Part shown: piece by piece, positions 36,706-45,929 of the stretch
How the letters are laid out: each line of letters starts with the position of its first letter
Position numbering within the stretch: the first letter of the stretch is position 1
IMG/VR virus record: IMGVR_UViG_3300044259_000044
Span: 1-48,767 of that record
Direction: 5' to 3' (one strand)
Length of the DNA stretch: 48,767 nucleotides
Origin: a virus
Lineage: Duplodnaviria > Caudoviricetes
Program-made: the position numbers and the translations under genes
Notes under the pieces: model-generated
Seen by the model: the letters and a program-made list of their open reading frames with translations, nothing else
Told to the model about the DNA's origin: nothing
Databases searched by the model: none

Positions 36706-37962
36706 ATGACTACGAACGTCCCACTGCCGACTTTCACGCCCGCCGGGCTCGTTACCAACAGCGAGCAAAGCATTCTTGCGGGCGTGCTGGCCGATTACGT
36801 GGCCGCGTTCGCGCTGACCGGCAAGACGCTCTCCACCGAATTGACCACGCCGCAAGGGCAACTTGCATCCTCGCAGGCGTACATGGTGGCCGATTTTCAG
36901 GCGCTCCTAGCGCAGCTGATCGCCAACGTGGACCCGCTGACCAGTTCGGGCGCGTATCAGGACGCATTGCTGCGCATCTACCTGCTGACCCGCAAACCCG
37001 CGACCTACGCAACCGTGCCGGCCACGCTAGGCGGCGTGCCGGGCTCCGTCATCACTGCGCCCGCGCAGGTCAAATCCAGCGATGGCAGTATCTGGGAAAC
37101 CCGCGAAGACGTGACGCTCGCACCTGACGGTACGGCAACCGCGACGTTCTACGCGCAGGTAGCCGGTTCGGGTCCAACAGCTGGCATCAACGACCTGAAA
37201 ATCTACCAGCGCCAGAACGGCTGGCAGACCGTGTCCAACGCAACGGCCAGTGTGCCGGGCGTGGATGTCGAAAGTCGCCAAGCCGCCGAGGTGCGGCGCC
37301 AGGAAAGCGTGCAGATCGGCGGCAACGGCACGGCACAGGCCGTGCGCGCGGCGATTGCCGACATCACCGACGTGACTGACGTGTTCGTCTACAACAACGG
37401 CACCGACGCCGCAATCACCTACGGCGCGACGAACTACCCCATCCCGGCGCACAGCGTCGCTATTTGTGTCACCGGTGGCACGGATCTTGCAGTAGCGCAG
37501 GCCATCCAATCCAAACTGGATGCCGGATGCGGCATGTCGTCCTTCGGCACCACGTCGGTGACGCTGCAAGACACCGTCAACTATTCCGCGCCGTACCCGT
37601 CGTATGTGTACCGCTTCGTGCGCCCGACGGCCAAACAGTGCTACATCACGGTCAACGTTGCCGACGTGTCCACGCTGCCGGCCGACTATGTCAGTCAGGT
37701 ACAAAAGGCCGTCGCAGCGGCGTTCCTGAACGGCTATTCGACGGCCGACGGCACAATCAACGTGAGCCGCGCGCGCATCGGTGCGCAGATCATCGCGGCG
37801 TCTTACCTGCCGATCGTCAGCACGTTGGACAACATCACGCCCATTTCGATTTTCATCGCCTTCACGGCGTCGCCTACCAGCGGCGCAGCCGTCACGTTGG
37901 GCATCGATCAGCAGCCGGTTTGCCCTGTCGCCAACATCTTGGTTAATCGCGTGACGCCATGA
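36706..37962 (+). CDS. Baseplate J-like wedge protein
   Basis: TPQGQL, G.DVES...RR, IPAHS...V.GG motifs. Confidence 0.85.
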   Translation: MTTNVPLPTFTPAGLVTNSEQSILAGVLADYVAAFALTGKTLSTELTTPQGQLASSQAYMVADFQALLAQLIANVDPLTSSGAYQDALLRIYLLTRKPATYATVPATLGGVPGSVITAPAQVKSSDGSIWETREDVTLAPDGTATATFYAQVAGSGPTAGINDLKIYQRQNGWQTVSNATASVPGVDVESRQAAEVRRQESVQIGGNGTAQAVRAAIADITDVTDVFVYNNGTDAAITYGATNYPIPAHSVAICVTGGTDLAVAQAIQSKLDAGCGMSSFGTTSVTLQDTVNYSAPYPSYVYRFVRPTAKQCYITVNVADVSTLPADYVSQVQKAVAAAFLNGYSTADGTINVSRARIGAQIIAASYLPIVSTLDNITPISIFIAFTASPTSGAAVTLGIDQQPVCPVANILVNRVTP

Positions 37963-38648
37963 GTGACTATCTCGGCGCAACGGTCCAAAAGCAATATTCG
38001 AATTCGCCGACCTTGTTGGCGTTGCTGGACGACTTCGACCAATGGGTTGACATGGCGAAGTTCTCGGACCAGTTCCTGGCCAACGTGTGGGACATTTCGA
38101 CCGCGCAGGGCTTCGGGCTGGACATCTGGGGGCGCATCCTGGGGCGATCGCGCTATCTCCAAATTGCGCAAACGCCTGGCGACAATTTCGGGTTTGACGC
38201 AAACCCGACGACCGGGCAGACGAATTGGAAACCGTGGAATCAAGCGCCGTTTTACAACGGGGACGCATCGGGCAACGTGACCTATGCGTTGCAGGACGAC
38301 TACTACCGTCGCCTGCTGCTGGTCAAAGCAGCGGCTAATATCGCCGCTTGCAACGCGCCTGCGCTGAACGCGCTCCTGCGCGGCATGTTCGGCGATCGTG
38401 GGCAGTGCTTCGTCGGCTATGACCTGGCGTTCCCGATGCATATCGGCTATTTCTTCCGGTTCATGCCGTCATCCGTTGAAAAGTCCATCATCGAATCCGG
38501 GCTGTTCCCGGTGCCGGCGGGTATGACCGTGACGTTCGTCTACAACTTCCTGAGTTATTCGCCGATGGGCTTCGCGCAGTCCAACAGCGGATCGGTTCCA
38601 AATTACGTTACCGGTTGGAATCAAGGCCCCTTTATCCCTGCGAGCTGA
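37959..38648 (+). CDS. Baseplate wedge protein (DUF2612-like)
   Basis: QYSNSP, TAQGFGLDIWGRILG, DDYYR motifs. Confidence 0.85.
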   Translation: MSDYLGATVQKQYSNSPTLLALLDDFDQWVDMAKFSDQFLANVWDISTAQGFGLDIWGRILGRSRYLQIAQTPGDNFGFDANPTTGQTNWKPWNQAPFYNGDASGNVTYALQDDYYRRLLLVKAAANIAACNAPALNALLRGMFGDRGQCFVGYDLAFPMHIGYFFRFMPSSVEKSIIESGLFPVPAGMTVTFVYNFLSYSPMGFAQSNSGSVPNYVTGWNQGPFIPAS

Positions 38649-38650
38649 TC

Positions 38651-39823
38651 ATGCAAAAAACCAACATCCCCAACAAATTCTTGCTGCCGTGGGCGCAAAA
38701 CGATGTAGCCCGCGTAGAGGTGCCCGTCACCACGACCAGCACGACCCGCGCAAGTCAGTCGCTGGGCTTTCCGCCGCTGACGATGGTGCCGCCGGAGGCC
38801 GGCGGCGTGCCGCCCAACGGCGAAGATTTCAACGGCGGTATGAACCAGATCAGCCGCGCCATCTGGTGGATGCTGCAGGGCGGCGCATTCCCTTATGACT
38901 CGACCTTTGCTACGTCCGCGCAAATCGGCGGTTACGCCAGCGGCGCCTGCATCCCGCGCGCGGACGGCTTGGGCTTCTGGGTCAGCACGGCCGACAACAA
39001 CACGACCAACCCGGACGCAACCGACGGCACGGCCGCCAACTGGGTGCCCGCCTGGGTGTATGGCACGGCAGCCATTACCGCTACGTCCACCGACGTGACC
39101 ATCCAGCCCGTGAACGCCGCGAAGCCGACGCTGCTGATCTCGGGCACGCTGACCGCGTCCGTCAACATCATCTTGCCGGCGTGGCTGTACAAATGGGAAA
39201 TCGTTGACAACACCGTGCGCGGCGGCAACACGTTGACCGTCAAGACTGCTAGCGGCAGCGGCGTGGTGTTGCAAACCGGTGCGCAGATCGTGCGCGGCGA
39301 CGGTACGAACATTGTGCAATTGCCGCAGAGCATCGCGCAAGCCACCGCGTCCACGCAACCCGTCACGCTGGGCCAAGCCGATGACCGCTACGCGCGCGGT
39401 TCGGTGCTGCAGGCGGGTGATATTGTGGACGTAGCCGGCAACACGCTGCCAGCCAATCGTCTGTGGTGCCCGACTGCGCCCACCAACGTGTCGCGCACGA
39501 CCTACGCCGCGCTGTTTGCCGCCATCGGCACGACCTGGGGCGCGGGTGACGGTTCGACCACGTTCGGGCTGCCCTATTTCCCCGCCGACTACGCCGCCGT
39601 GCATGCAAGCGGCAACGTCGGCACAACTACTGCCGGCCAGGTCATCGCCCACACGCACGGATTCAACGGAAATGGCGCTTGGATCGACCTGCCGGGCACC
39701 TACGTGGTCAACGGCGGCGGGTCGAATGCGAACCTGACCCAAAGTGCTGCGACGGCCAGCACGGGCGGCGCGGCCAACTTGGCCGCCGGTATGCGCGTGC
39801 GCAAGAGCATCGTTTTCCAGTAA
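38651..39823 (+). CDS. Tail fibre protein with collar domain
   Basis: GFPPLTM.P..GGVPP.G.DFNG N-terminus; SRTTYAALFAAIGTTWGAGDGSTTFGLP collar; HTH metal motif. Confidence 0.88.
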   Translation: MQKTNIPNKFLLPWAQNDVARVEVPVTTTSTTRASQSLGFPPLTMVPPEAGGVPPNGEDFNGGMNQISRAIWWMLQGGAFPYDSTFATSAQIGGYASGACIPRADGLGFWVSTADNNTTNPDATDGTAANWVPAWVYGTAAITATSTDVTIQPVNAAKPTLLISGTLTASVNIILPAWLYKWEIVDNTVRGGNTLTVKTASGSGVVLQTGAQIVRGDGTNIVQLPQSIAQATASTQPVTLGQADDRYARGSVLQAGDIVDVAGNTLPANRLWCPTAPTNVSRTTYAALFAAIGTTWGAGDGSTTFGLPYFPADYAAVHASGNVGTTTAGQVIAHTHGFNGNGAWIDLPGTYVVNGGGSNANLTQSAATASTGGAANLAAGMRVRKSIVFQ

Positions 39824-39835
39824 TTGGAGCCCATC

Positions 39836-40039
39836 ATGACGCAATACATCACGGTCTATCTGTTTGACGACGCCACTGGCGCGTTCATGTACCCCTACGA
39901 CGCGCAAGAAAGCCCGCTGGAGCCTGGCGTCTACATCGAGCCGATTAGCTCCACGCGTGTGCAGCCGCCCGCATGGCCGGGCGGTCAATGGCCGTACTGG
40001 ACCGGCACCGCCTGGGAATTACGCGACGCGCCCGCCTAA
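39836..40039 (+). CDS. Tail fibre assembly chaperone
   Basis: SPLEPGVY..P...T...PP....W.G..W motif. Confidence 0.8.
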   Translation: MTQYITVYLFDDATGAFMYPYDAQESPLEPGVYIEPISSTRVQPPAWPGGQWPYWTGTAWELRDAPA

Positions 40040-40157
40040 TCGTGACAGTATGTTACAATCGGCCAAGCAGGGCGACAGACCCTGTAAGCTTTCGCCATCC
40101 AGGGGATCAACGGAAGGCATTGCCATGCAACTACTTTTTTCGAATAAAGGGGCCGCC

Positions 40158-40394
40158 ATGAGCGCAACACAAGACGTAGCCGAGCAGGTTGTGCGCGCCG
40201 CGCCGACGGCAAGCGTCGCCGTGCTGACATGGATGACCAACATTCCGGTCAATCTGTTGGTGCAATGGGTCGCGTTGATTTTCGGCATCCTGCAGGTCTA
40301 CGTGCTGGTGCGCGACCGTATCGTCGCGCCATGGATCGCCAAGCGACAGGGCAAAGCGCTCGACGCGGGCGTCAAACCCGATGGCAGCACTTGA
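40158..40394 (+). CDS. Putative holin
   Basis: Small TM protein immediately before the endolysin; alternative in-frame ATG at 40125. Confidence 0.7.
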   Translation: MSATQDVAEQVVRAAPTASVAVLTWMTNIPVNLLVQWVALIFGILQVYVLVRDRIVAPWIAKRQGKALDAGVKPDGST

Positions 40395-40896
40395 CCGCAA
40401 GACACTCGCCGCCCTGATCGGCGCGCCGGCCGCCGCCGCGCTAATTGCGCTCACCGGTGGCGCCGAAGGCGAACGCACCGAGCCCTACCGCGACAAACTT
40501 GCGGGCAACATCTGGACAGTCTGCTACGGCGACACGCACGTCCAGATGCGCAAATACTCTTCTGCCGAATGCAAGGATCTGCTGGCCACACGCCTGGTCG
40601 ATTACGCCACACCCGTGCGCGACATGACGCCCGGATTTGACGAACTGACCGACGGCCAGAAAGTCGCGGCGATTGATTTCGCCTACAATGCGGGCGTGGC
40701 CAACTACCAGAATTCAACGCTGCGCAAAATGTACATCGCGCAGGATTTTCCTGCCGCGTGCGACCAATACCTGCAGTGGAAATACGTGAAGCCCAAGGGC
40801 GAGAAGATCGACTGCAGCCTATCCGAAAATCAAAAGCTGTGCGGCGGGATCTGGCTGCGGCGCCAGGCCGAGCGGCGAATCTGCCGCGGGGAGTAA
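40381..40896 (+). CDS. Endolysin, GH24 lysozyme with SAR-like N-terminus
   Basis: Ala-rich weak TM; EG...PYRD.....WTVCYG triad; FAYNAG; RRQAE. Confidence 0.9.
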   Translation: MAALDRKTLAALIGAPAAAALIALTGGAEGERTEPYRDKLAGNIWTVCYGDTHVQMRKYSSAECKDLLATRLVDYATPVRDMTPGFDELTDGQKVAAIDFAYNAGVANYQNSTLRKMYIAQDFPAACDQYLQWKYVKPKGEKIDCSLSENQKLCGGIWLRRQAERRICRGE

Positions 40897-40899
40897 CAC

Positions 40900-41292
40900 A
40901 TGGAACTGCGCACCATTGCCGGGCTCGCGCTGGCCGGCATCATCGCGTCCGGCATCGGCTACCACGCCTGGACCGACCACGTCTTGAAACGCGACCTGGC
41001 CCAAGCCATCAAGGAACGCGACGAAGCCCGGGAATCGGCCAAGGCGCTCAAAGCGGCCAACGACGCATTCACGGACCAGATCGGCAAGCAAAACGCAGCT
41101 GTGGCGGATCTGAAGCGCCAGGCGGACCTGCGCGAAGCCAAGGCGAAGGAAGCGAGCGCCGCCGCGCTAGCCGACGCCAAGCGCAAGCTGGCCGATGCGC
41201 AGAAACTGCTGGGCAGACCCATGCCGGTGCCGGGCAGCGCTTGCAAGTCGGCGGAAGTGTTATTGGACGAAGCTATCAAGGGGCGTGCATGA
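40900..41292 (+). CDS. i-spanin (Rz-like)
   Basis: N-terminal TM plus coiled coil, after the endolysin. Confidence 0.8.
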   Translation: MELRTIAGLALAGIIASGIGYHAWTDHVLKRDLAQAIKERDEARESAKALKAANDAFTDQIGKQNAAVADLKRQADLREAKAKEASAAALADAKRKLADAQKLLGRPMPVPGSACKSAEVLLDEAIKGRA

Positions 41293-41555
41293 TGATAGGC
41301 AAAATCTATTGTGCGGCGCTCCTCCTGCTGGCCGGCTGCCAATCCGCGCCGACTATCGTCAAAGAGCCCGTCGAGGTTCAGGTGCCCGTGTCTGTGCCGT
41401 GCAAGATTGAGACGCCCGCCGCGCCTACTTGGGCACTCTCGAGAGTGCCGGCCGACGCGAACGTGTATGAGAAGGTGCGCGCCGCGCTAGCCGAACTGGA
41501 CCAGCGGGCGGCATACGAGGGGCAACTACTCGCTGCGATTGCGGGCTGTCAGTAA
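41289..41555 (+). CDS. o-spanin (Rz1-like lipoprotein)
   Basis: LLLAGC lipobox; Pro-rich; follows the i-spanin. Confidence 0.8.
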   Translation: MMIGKIYCAALLLLAGCQSAPTIVKEPVEVQVPVSVPCKIETPAAPTWALSRVPADANVYEKVRAALAELDQRAAYEGQLLAAIAGCQ

Positions 41556-41659
41556 TCCAACACGAACGCAACCAAGGCAGCGGCTGCGCACACCGCAGCC
41601 GGGCCCGACGAGTCAACGACTGCAGCCCAGCCTGCCACCATGGCGAGTATCATCCACAT
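41549..41659 (-). CDS. 36-aa hydrophobic peptide
   Basis: ATG adjacent to the upstream stop; hydrophobic. Confidence 0.4.
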   Translation of the reverse strand: MWMILAMVAGWAAVVDSSGPAAVCAAAALVAFVLDY

Positions 41660-41660
41660 A

Positions 41661-41843
41661 TCAGTGAGTCACCGGCAAGCCGGCGGCCAGTAGATCAATG
41701 CGGTGCATCACGTCAGCGTGGGACAAGCCAAACTGTGTTTGTAGTCGCTGCAACAGCAAACCCGTTCGCGGGTCCAGCATTGCCGGATGCTTAAGCACGA
41801 TGCCCGCCATTTCCTGCAGTTGTTCGGTCGTGTATTTGCTCAT
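41661..41843 (-). CDS. Hypothetical protein
   Basis: ATGA coupling. Confidence 0.6.
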   Translation of the reverse strand: MSKYTTEQLQEMAGIVLKHPAMLDPRTGLLLQRLQTQFGLSHADVMHRIDLLAAGLPVTH

Positions 41844-42091
41844 TGCGACTTCACCCAGTCGCGCCAAGCCTGCGCAATCAGTTCGCGTTCGGCCCGGAAG
41901 TCTTCCAGCGACTGTCCCGCAGTCGGAATCACGATGACGAACTGACCACCGACGCAAACCCCATAGGTCGGGCCGCCAAGCGCGGGGTTGTCGTCCGGCG
42001 TCACCACGTTGGAGAGCAACGTGATAGCGCGCAAATCAATGATGCCTGACGGCGTGTCCACCAGCGGCGACACGTTGTGCATTTTAGCCAT
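41840..42091 (-). CDS. Hypothetical protein
   Basis: GAGGAG SD. Confidence 0.65.
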   Translation of the reverse strand: MAKMHNVSPLVDTPSGIIDLRAITLLSNVVTPDDNPALGGPTYGVCVGGQFVIVIPTAGQSLEDFRAERELIAQAWRDWVKSQ

Positions 42092-42093
42092 TC

Positions 42094-42456
42094 TCAATTC
42101 TCCTCGATATGTACCACCGCAAACCCTGCGCCAGCCGGGTCCGGTTCGCAGCGGATGATATACAACTCGTCAATCTGCGAATCGTCCAACCAGACCCGCT
42201 GTTTGGTTAGGAAGTCGCAGAGTATCTTCTCACGGTTCGCGCAGTCCCAAGCCTTGTTGCGCAGCGCACGCGGCGCGTGCAACGTGATCGTGGCGCGCAG
42301 CCGCCCGGTCAGGGGCGGCGGCACGCGGCCGGGCGGCATCGCATTAGCTGCCGATCTCAGCCACGCCCTGGCCGCCGCCGACAAGACGATCCGGCCGCCG
42401 ACGGCGCGCCAGATGCGATTGACGGACGGCGGGAAGGGTAGGCGGTAAGTCGTCAC
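42094..42456 (-). CDS. rusA: RusA-like Holliday junction resolvase
   Basis: LPFPPSVN, D..N..K...D, DDSQID motifs; GTG start. Confidence 0.85.
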   Translation of the reverse strand: MTTYRLPFPPSVNRIWRAVGGRIVLSAAARAWLRSAANAMPPGRVPPPLTGRLRATITLHAPRALRNKAWDCANREKILCDFLTKQRVWLDDSQIDELYIIRCEPDPAGAGFAVVHIEEN

Positions 42457-42572
42457 TTCTCGGACTTGTCCGTGCGCGAAAACTTGACGCGCACTTTTCC
42501 AGTGCTGACCCCGAGTGCCACCACGCACAACAGGACGATGACGGCGGCGCCAAAAGCGGCAAGGAATTCCAT
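42453..42572 (-). CDS. 39-aa membrane peptide
   Basis: Hydrophobic N-terminus and basic tail; GTGA coupling to rusA. Confidence 0.55.
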   Translation of the reverse strand: MEFLAAFGAAVIVLLCVVALGVSTGKVRVKFSRTDKSEK

Positions 42573-42573
42573 A

Positions 42574-42837
42574 TCAGTACCCCGGACGAGTGTCGCGGAC
42601 GACGAGGGACAGGGCGACCGCCTTGCCGGCTTTGGCTTCCTTACGCTTCTGATCGAAGTGATGCATCAGGTTCACGCCGTAGTTGCCGCGGCCGATCAGC
42701 GGTCGCTTGCGGCGCTTGTTGGCCATCTGCTCGCGGGCCAGAACTTCCGGCGAAGCGGCCAGTTTGACGGGCGGGCAGTACGCGCCGAGGGCCACAACGA
42801 GGGACAGGGCGGTGTTCATTTTGGGTTGCTTGTGCAT
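42574..42837 (-). CDS. Basic hypothetical protein
   Basis: TAGGAG SD. Confidence 0.65.
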   Translation of the reverse strand: MHKQPKMNTALSLVVALGAYCPPVKLAASPEVLAREQMANKRRKRPLIGRGNYGVNLMHHFDQKRKEAKAGKAVALSLVVRDTRPGY

Positions 42838-42903
42838 GTAATTCTCCTAGTTGACCGGCCGCCGAAGCGGCCGGTAGTCGTTACGGGATGTCGTCCGGGT
42901 CGA

Positions 42904-43584
42904 TTAGGCCGCCGGGGTGCCGAACGGGTTGGCCGTGCCCGTCGCTTGCGCAAAAGGGTTGGCTTGCTGCGCCGGTTGGGTGGTCTGCTGCGGGGTGCCG
43001 AACGGGCTGGTGGTCTGCGCTTCCGGCTGCGCAGCAGGCGCCGCAGCAGCCTTGGCGTGCTTGGCGAATGCGGTCGGGTCCGCGCCGCCACCGATGCCTG
43101 CAATGCGCTCGCCACCTTCGCCCGCATCCATCACGGCGTGCAGGTTCCACGACAAGCCGCCGTTCTCGTTCGGCCAGTACCACGGCGAAGCTTGGATGCG
43201 CACGCGCTTGCCGGCAAAGAAACGGGAACGGGTCAGCGTGGCGAAGCTGGGATCTTCGCGGTTGATCAGTTCGGCTGCTTCGTTGTACAACTCGGGCGGG
43301 AACTGCGACGACGCGCGCAGCACGAGCCAGTCGCTCGGGATGCCGGGCAGCGGCTTGCCGAGCATGCCGTTCTGCTGGATGCCGATCTTGGTCACGCCGA
43401 AACGAATCGTGAAGTTGGCAGCTGCGGCAGTGTCCTGCAGCATTTTGTTGAGGTCAGCGCCTGCGGAGGGCGGGAAAGCGACTTGCGCGTAGTACTGCAG
43501 CGGCGCGCCGGGCTTCTTGCGGTTCGGAACGGCGTTGATGACGGCGGATTGCGCGATGATGCCGATGTGATCGGTCAGTGCCAT
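42904..43584 (-). CDS. Putative ssDNA-binding protein (DUF2815-like)
   Basis: ASSQFPP, GLSWNL..V..GERI.G motifs; low-complexity tail with NPF repeats; next to a DUF2800-like gene. Confidence 0.65.
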   Translation of the reverse strand: MALTDHIGIIAQSAVINAVPNRKKPGAPLQYYAQVAFPPSAGADLNKMLQDTAAAANFTIRFGVTKIGIQQNGMLGKPLPGIPSDWLVLRASSQFPPELYNEAAELINREDPSFATLTRSRFFAGKRVRIQASPWYWPNENGGLSWNLHAVMDAGEGGERIAGIGGGADPTAFAKHAKAAAAPAAQPEAQTTSPFGTPQQTTQPAQQANPFAQATGTANPFGTPAA

Positions 43585-43641
43585 GATGAGATCCTATAGA
43601 TGAAAGATGAAAAGAAATGTGCGACATGCACGGACTAGATA

Positions 43642-44844
43642 TTATTCGGCTTTCACGTTCTTGTCAACAATATCCGAATACTTCTTAAAGATTTTTGCAA
43701 TCTGCGACGGGGTGCCAGGATCAACCAGCTTGAGCGAGCGCGGTGGCGCGCCTTTGGTGATCAGGTCGTCGCGCGCGAAGGCTGGCAGGCGGTCGAATAC
43801 GGTACTGAGTGCTTTCGGCTCCAGCAGGTCGTGGCGACCCATGGCCAGCAGGGTGAGCGTGACCTGCTCGGGGTCTTTCCACTTGCGGCGCCCTTCGCCC
43901 AGCACCACTTGGATACGCGGGTGCGACGCCTTGGCCAACTGGCCGATGCGCTCTTCCACGTCTTCCCAGAAACCTTTGAACGCGGTCCTGGCCGCCCACA
44001 GCTGCACCACTTCGTCGTCGGTCATGCTGTGCAGGCTCTTTTCGCCCACGTAGGCGCCGGTAGCGGCGGCCAGCGCCTCTTCCACGCGCGGGCAGGCACC
44101 TGCGCGCGCGGCGCGGCAGTAGTTGCACCACGGGCCGGGCTTCGGGTTTGTGCCGTTGGCCGCATCCACGGCGGCGACTTCGGCGGCCAGCTTGGCCAGC
44201 TCGCGCGGCAGCCAGTCGGCGGGCAGTTCCACGTGCTGACCGGCCATGCCGATCGTGCGCCGTGGCTGGAACACGGCGACGACAATGCTTTCCGGCTGCA
44301 GGTTAAAGGTTTCGGCGGCGGCCACAGCGTAGGCGGACAATTGCTCGTTCGTGTCTTCGTCGTCGCCTACTTCCACGTCCTGGAAGCCGTATTTGTAGTC
44401 GATGCCGATCAGGCGGCGCAGCGAGTCAATCCAGATCAGGCAGTCAGCCGTGCCGAACAGTTGCGCGTGAAGCGACGGAATGGCGACCTTTTGTTCGATA
44501 GTGACGTGCGCGTGATGGCCGTCCGGGATCAGCGACTTGATGTAATCGACATAGGCGCGCCCGTGCTGGCGCAGTTCTTCGTTCCACTGCTCGGGCGTCT
44601 TGCCTTTCAGTTCGACGCCTTCCGGCACAGGCACGTCCAGCGGGTCGCCGGGCATTGCGCCGGCCAGATTGAACGCCTGGCGCACATAGAACTCGGCCAC
44701 GGCGTGCGCGGCGGTGCCTTCGCGGGCGGCGGGACTCTCTTTGTCCGGCAGGCCGGCGGACAGTACGACGCTGTCGGGGCAGTTCTTCCAGCGCTTGCGC
44801 GAAGAGAAACTGAGCTTGGAGTGGGTCACGGCGGGATTCGACAT
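43642..44844 (-). CDS. Cas4-like PD-(D/E)XK exonuclease (DUF2800-like)
   Basis: HSKLS.S...W..CP.S, EGTAAH, FGTAD, IDYKYG, NEQL..YA, C.YC.....C motifs. Confidence 0.88.
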   Translation of the reverse strand: MSNPAVTHSKLSFSSRKRWKNCPDSVVLSAGLPDKESPAAREGTAAHAVAEFYVRQAFNLAGAMPGDPLDVPVPEGVELKGKTPEQWNEELRQHGRAYVDYIKSLIPDGHHAHVTIEQKVAIPSLHAQLFGTADCLIWIDSLRRLIGIDYKYGFQDVEVGDDEDTNEQLSAYAVAAAETFNLQPESIVVAVFQPRRTIGMAGQHVELPADWLPRELAKLAAEVAAVDAANGTNPKPGPWCNYCRAARAGACPRVEEALAAATGAYVGEKSLHSMTDDEVVQLWAARTAFKGFWEDVEERIGQLAKASHPRIQVVLGEGRRKWKDPEQVTLTLLAMGRHDLLEPKALSTVFDRLPAFARDDLITKGAPPRSLKLVDPGTPSQIAKIFKKYSDIVDKNVKAE

Positions 44845-44846
44845 GG

Positions 44847-45245
44847 TCAGCCTTTCGTCTTTTTGAGTTCTTCGAGTTCGCGCAGATAGCGTTCGGCGGC
44901 TTTGCGGTGAAACTCGATTGCACCATTGGCCGCAATCAGATCCTGTCGCAAACCGGCAATTTGCAAACTCAGTGCGACGTTGTCTTTGAGTGCCTTTTGG
45001 AACGCAAGAGGGTCGGCAGCCTGCGGTCGTGGGGTCGCGTTGCGCTGCCACTTCGTGTGCTGGTTAGCGGGCAAGAGAACTCCGCGCGCGGCAAGAACGG
45101 CCCGCAGCTTTTCAAACATGCGAAACGACAAACCCACTTTGCCTTTCTCAATCTGCGACAAATAGGGCTGCGCAATGCCCAATTCATCGGCCAGCTTTTG
45201 TTGGGTCATGCCCAACGATTTGCGAATTTCGATCAAATTATCCAT
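44847..45245 (-). CDS. XRE/Cro-family HTH regulator with coiled-coil C-terminus
   Basis: IRKSLGMTQQKLADELGIAQPYLSQIEKG. Confidence 0.88.
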   Translation of the reverse strand: MDNLIEIRKSLGMTQQKLADELGIAQPYLSQIEKGKVGLSFRMFEKLRAVLAARGVLLPANQHTKWQRNATPRPQAADPLAFQKALKDNVALSLQIAGLRQDLIAANGAIEFHRKAAERYLRELEELKKTKG

Positions 45246-45331
45246 AGTATAAACGAATGTTGTATCAGTCGAGATTCGAATATACCACTATGCCCAAAGT
45301 ACGTCAATTCCGACAAACTCTTAACATTTCG

Positions 45332-45805
45332 TTTAACGGCAGACCTACGGCAGAAGTACGGAAGAGGCCATCGATTTACGGCAGAAAGTGAGACTTTTGT
45401 GATTTTTCATATAGTTGAATAGTTTAAAACTTTTTATAAACTCGCATTTTCTTTACAAGTGTAAATTTCTCACAAATTGAGAACTTGTCAGAATGCTAAT
45501 ATAGATTATACCAGATTACGGAGGACATTTTTTGTCGTCCGTATCGTCCTCCGTTCGCCCTTCTGATAACGATCTATTTGCTAAACGTAACTGCAATTGC
45601 GCGAAACCTTAAACTATTTTCTTTTCTTTCTCTTCTCTTTCTTATCTTATTTTCTATTAACGGAAGATTTATAATTATTTTAGTAAAGAGTTTTTAGAAA
45701 CTGAAAAAAAGACCAATAAGTCGGAAAGGACTTATTGCCATTTTCGAGCTATAGCAAAGAGTGTTGAACAATCCTCTTCCGTTAAACGGTTTCTTAGCTG
45801 CTTGT
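45332..45805. repeat. AT-rich control region, copy 2; candidate origin/divergent promoter
   Basis: Direct repeat of copy 1; lies between the divergent HTH and primase genes. Confidence 0.95.
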
Positions 45806-45929
45806 TGGGTAGCTATCACAGGAACACCCGCGATAGTATTTACCTATTTTACTTTTGGTTAAGATTCGTACAATATGCCGAAACGCTGACAGCGATCGCC
45901 CGTCAGTGCCTTTCAACATCGGGGACTTC

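Noticed and set aside
43642-44844. Cas4-like nuclease as part of a CRISPR system
   Set aside because: No array or other cas genes; this is the usual phage exonuclease-SSB module.
44847-45245. HTH gene as evidence of lysogeny
   Set aside because: No integrase, partition genes or att-like context were found.
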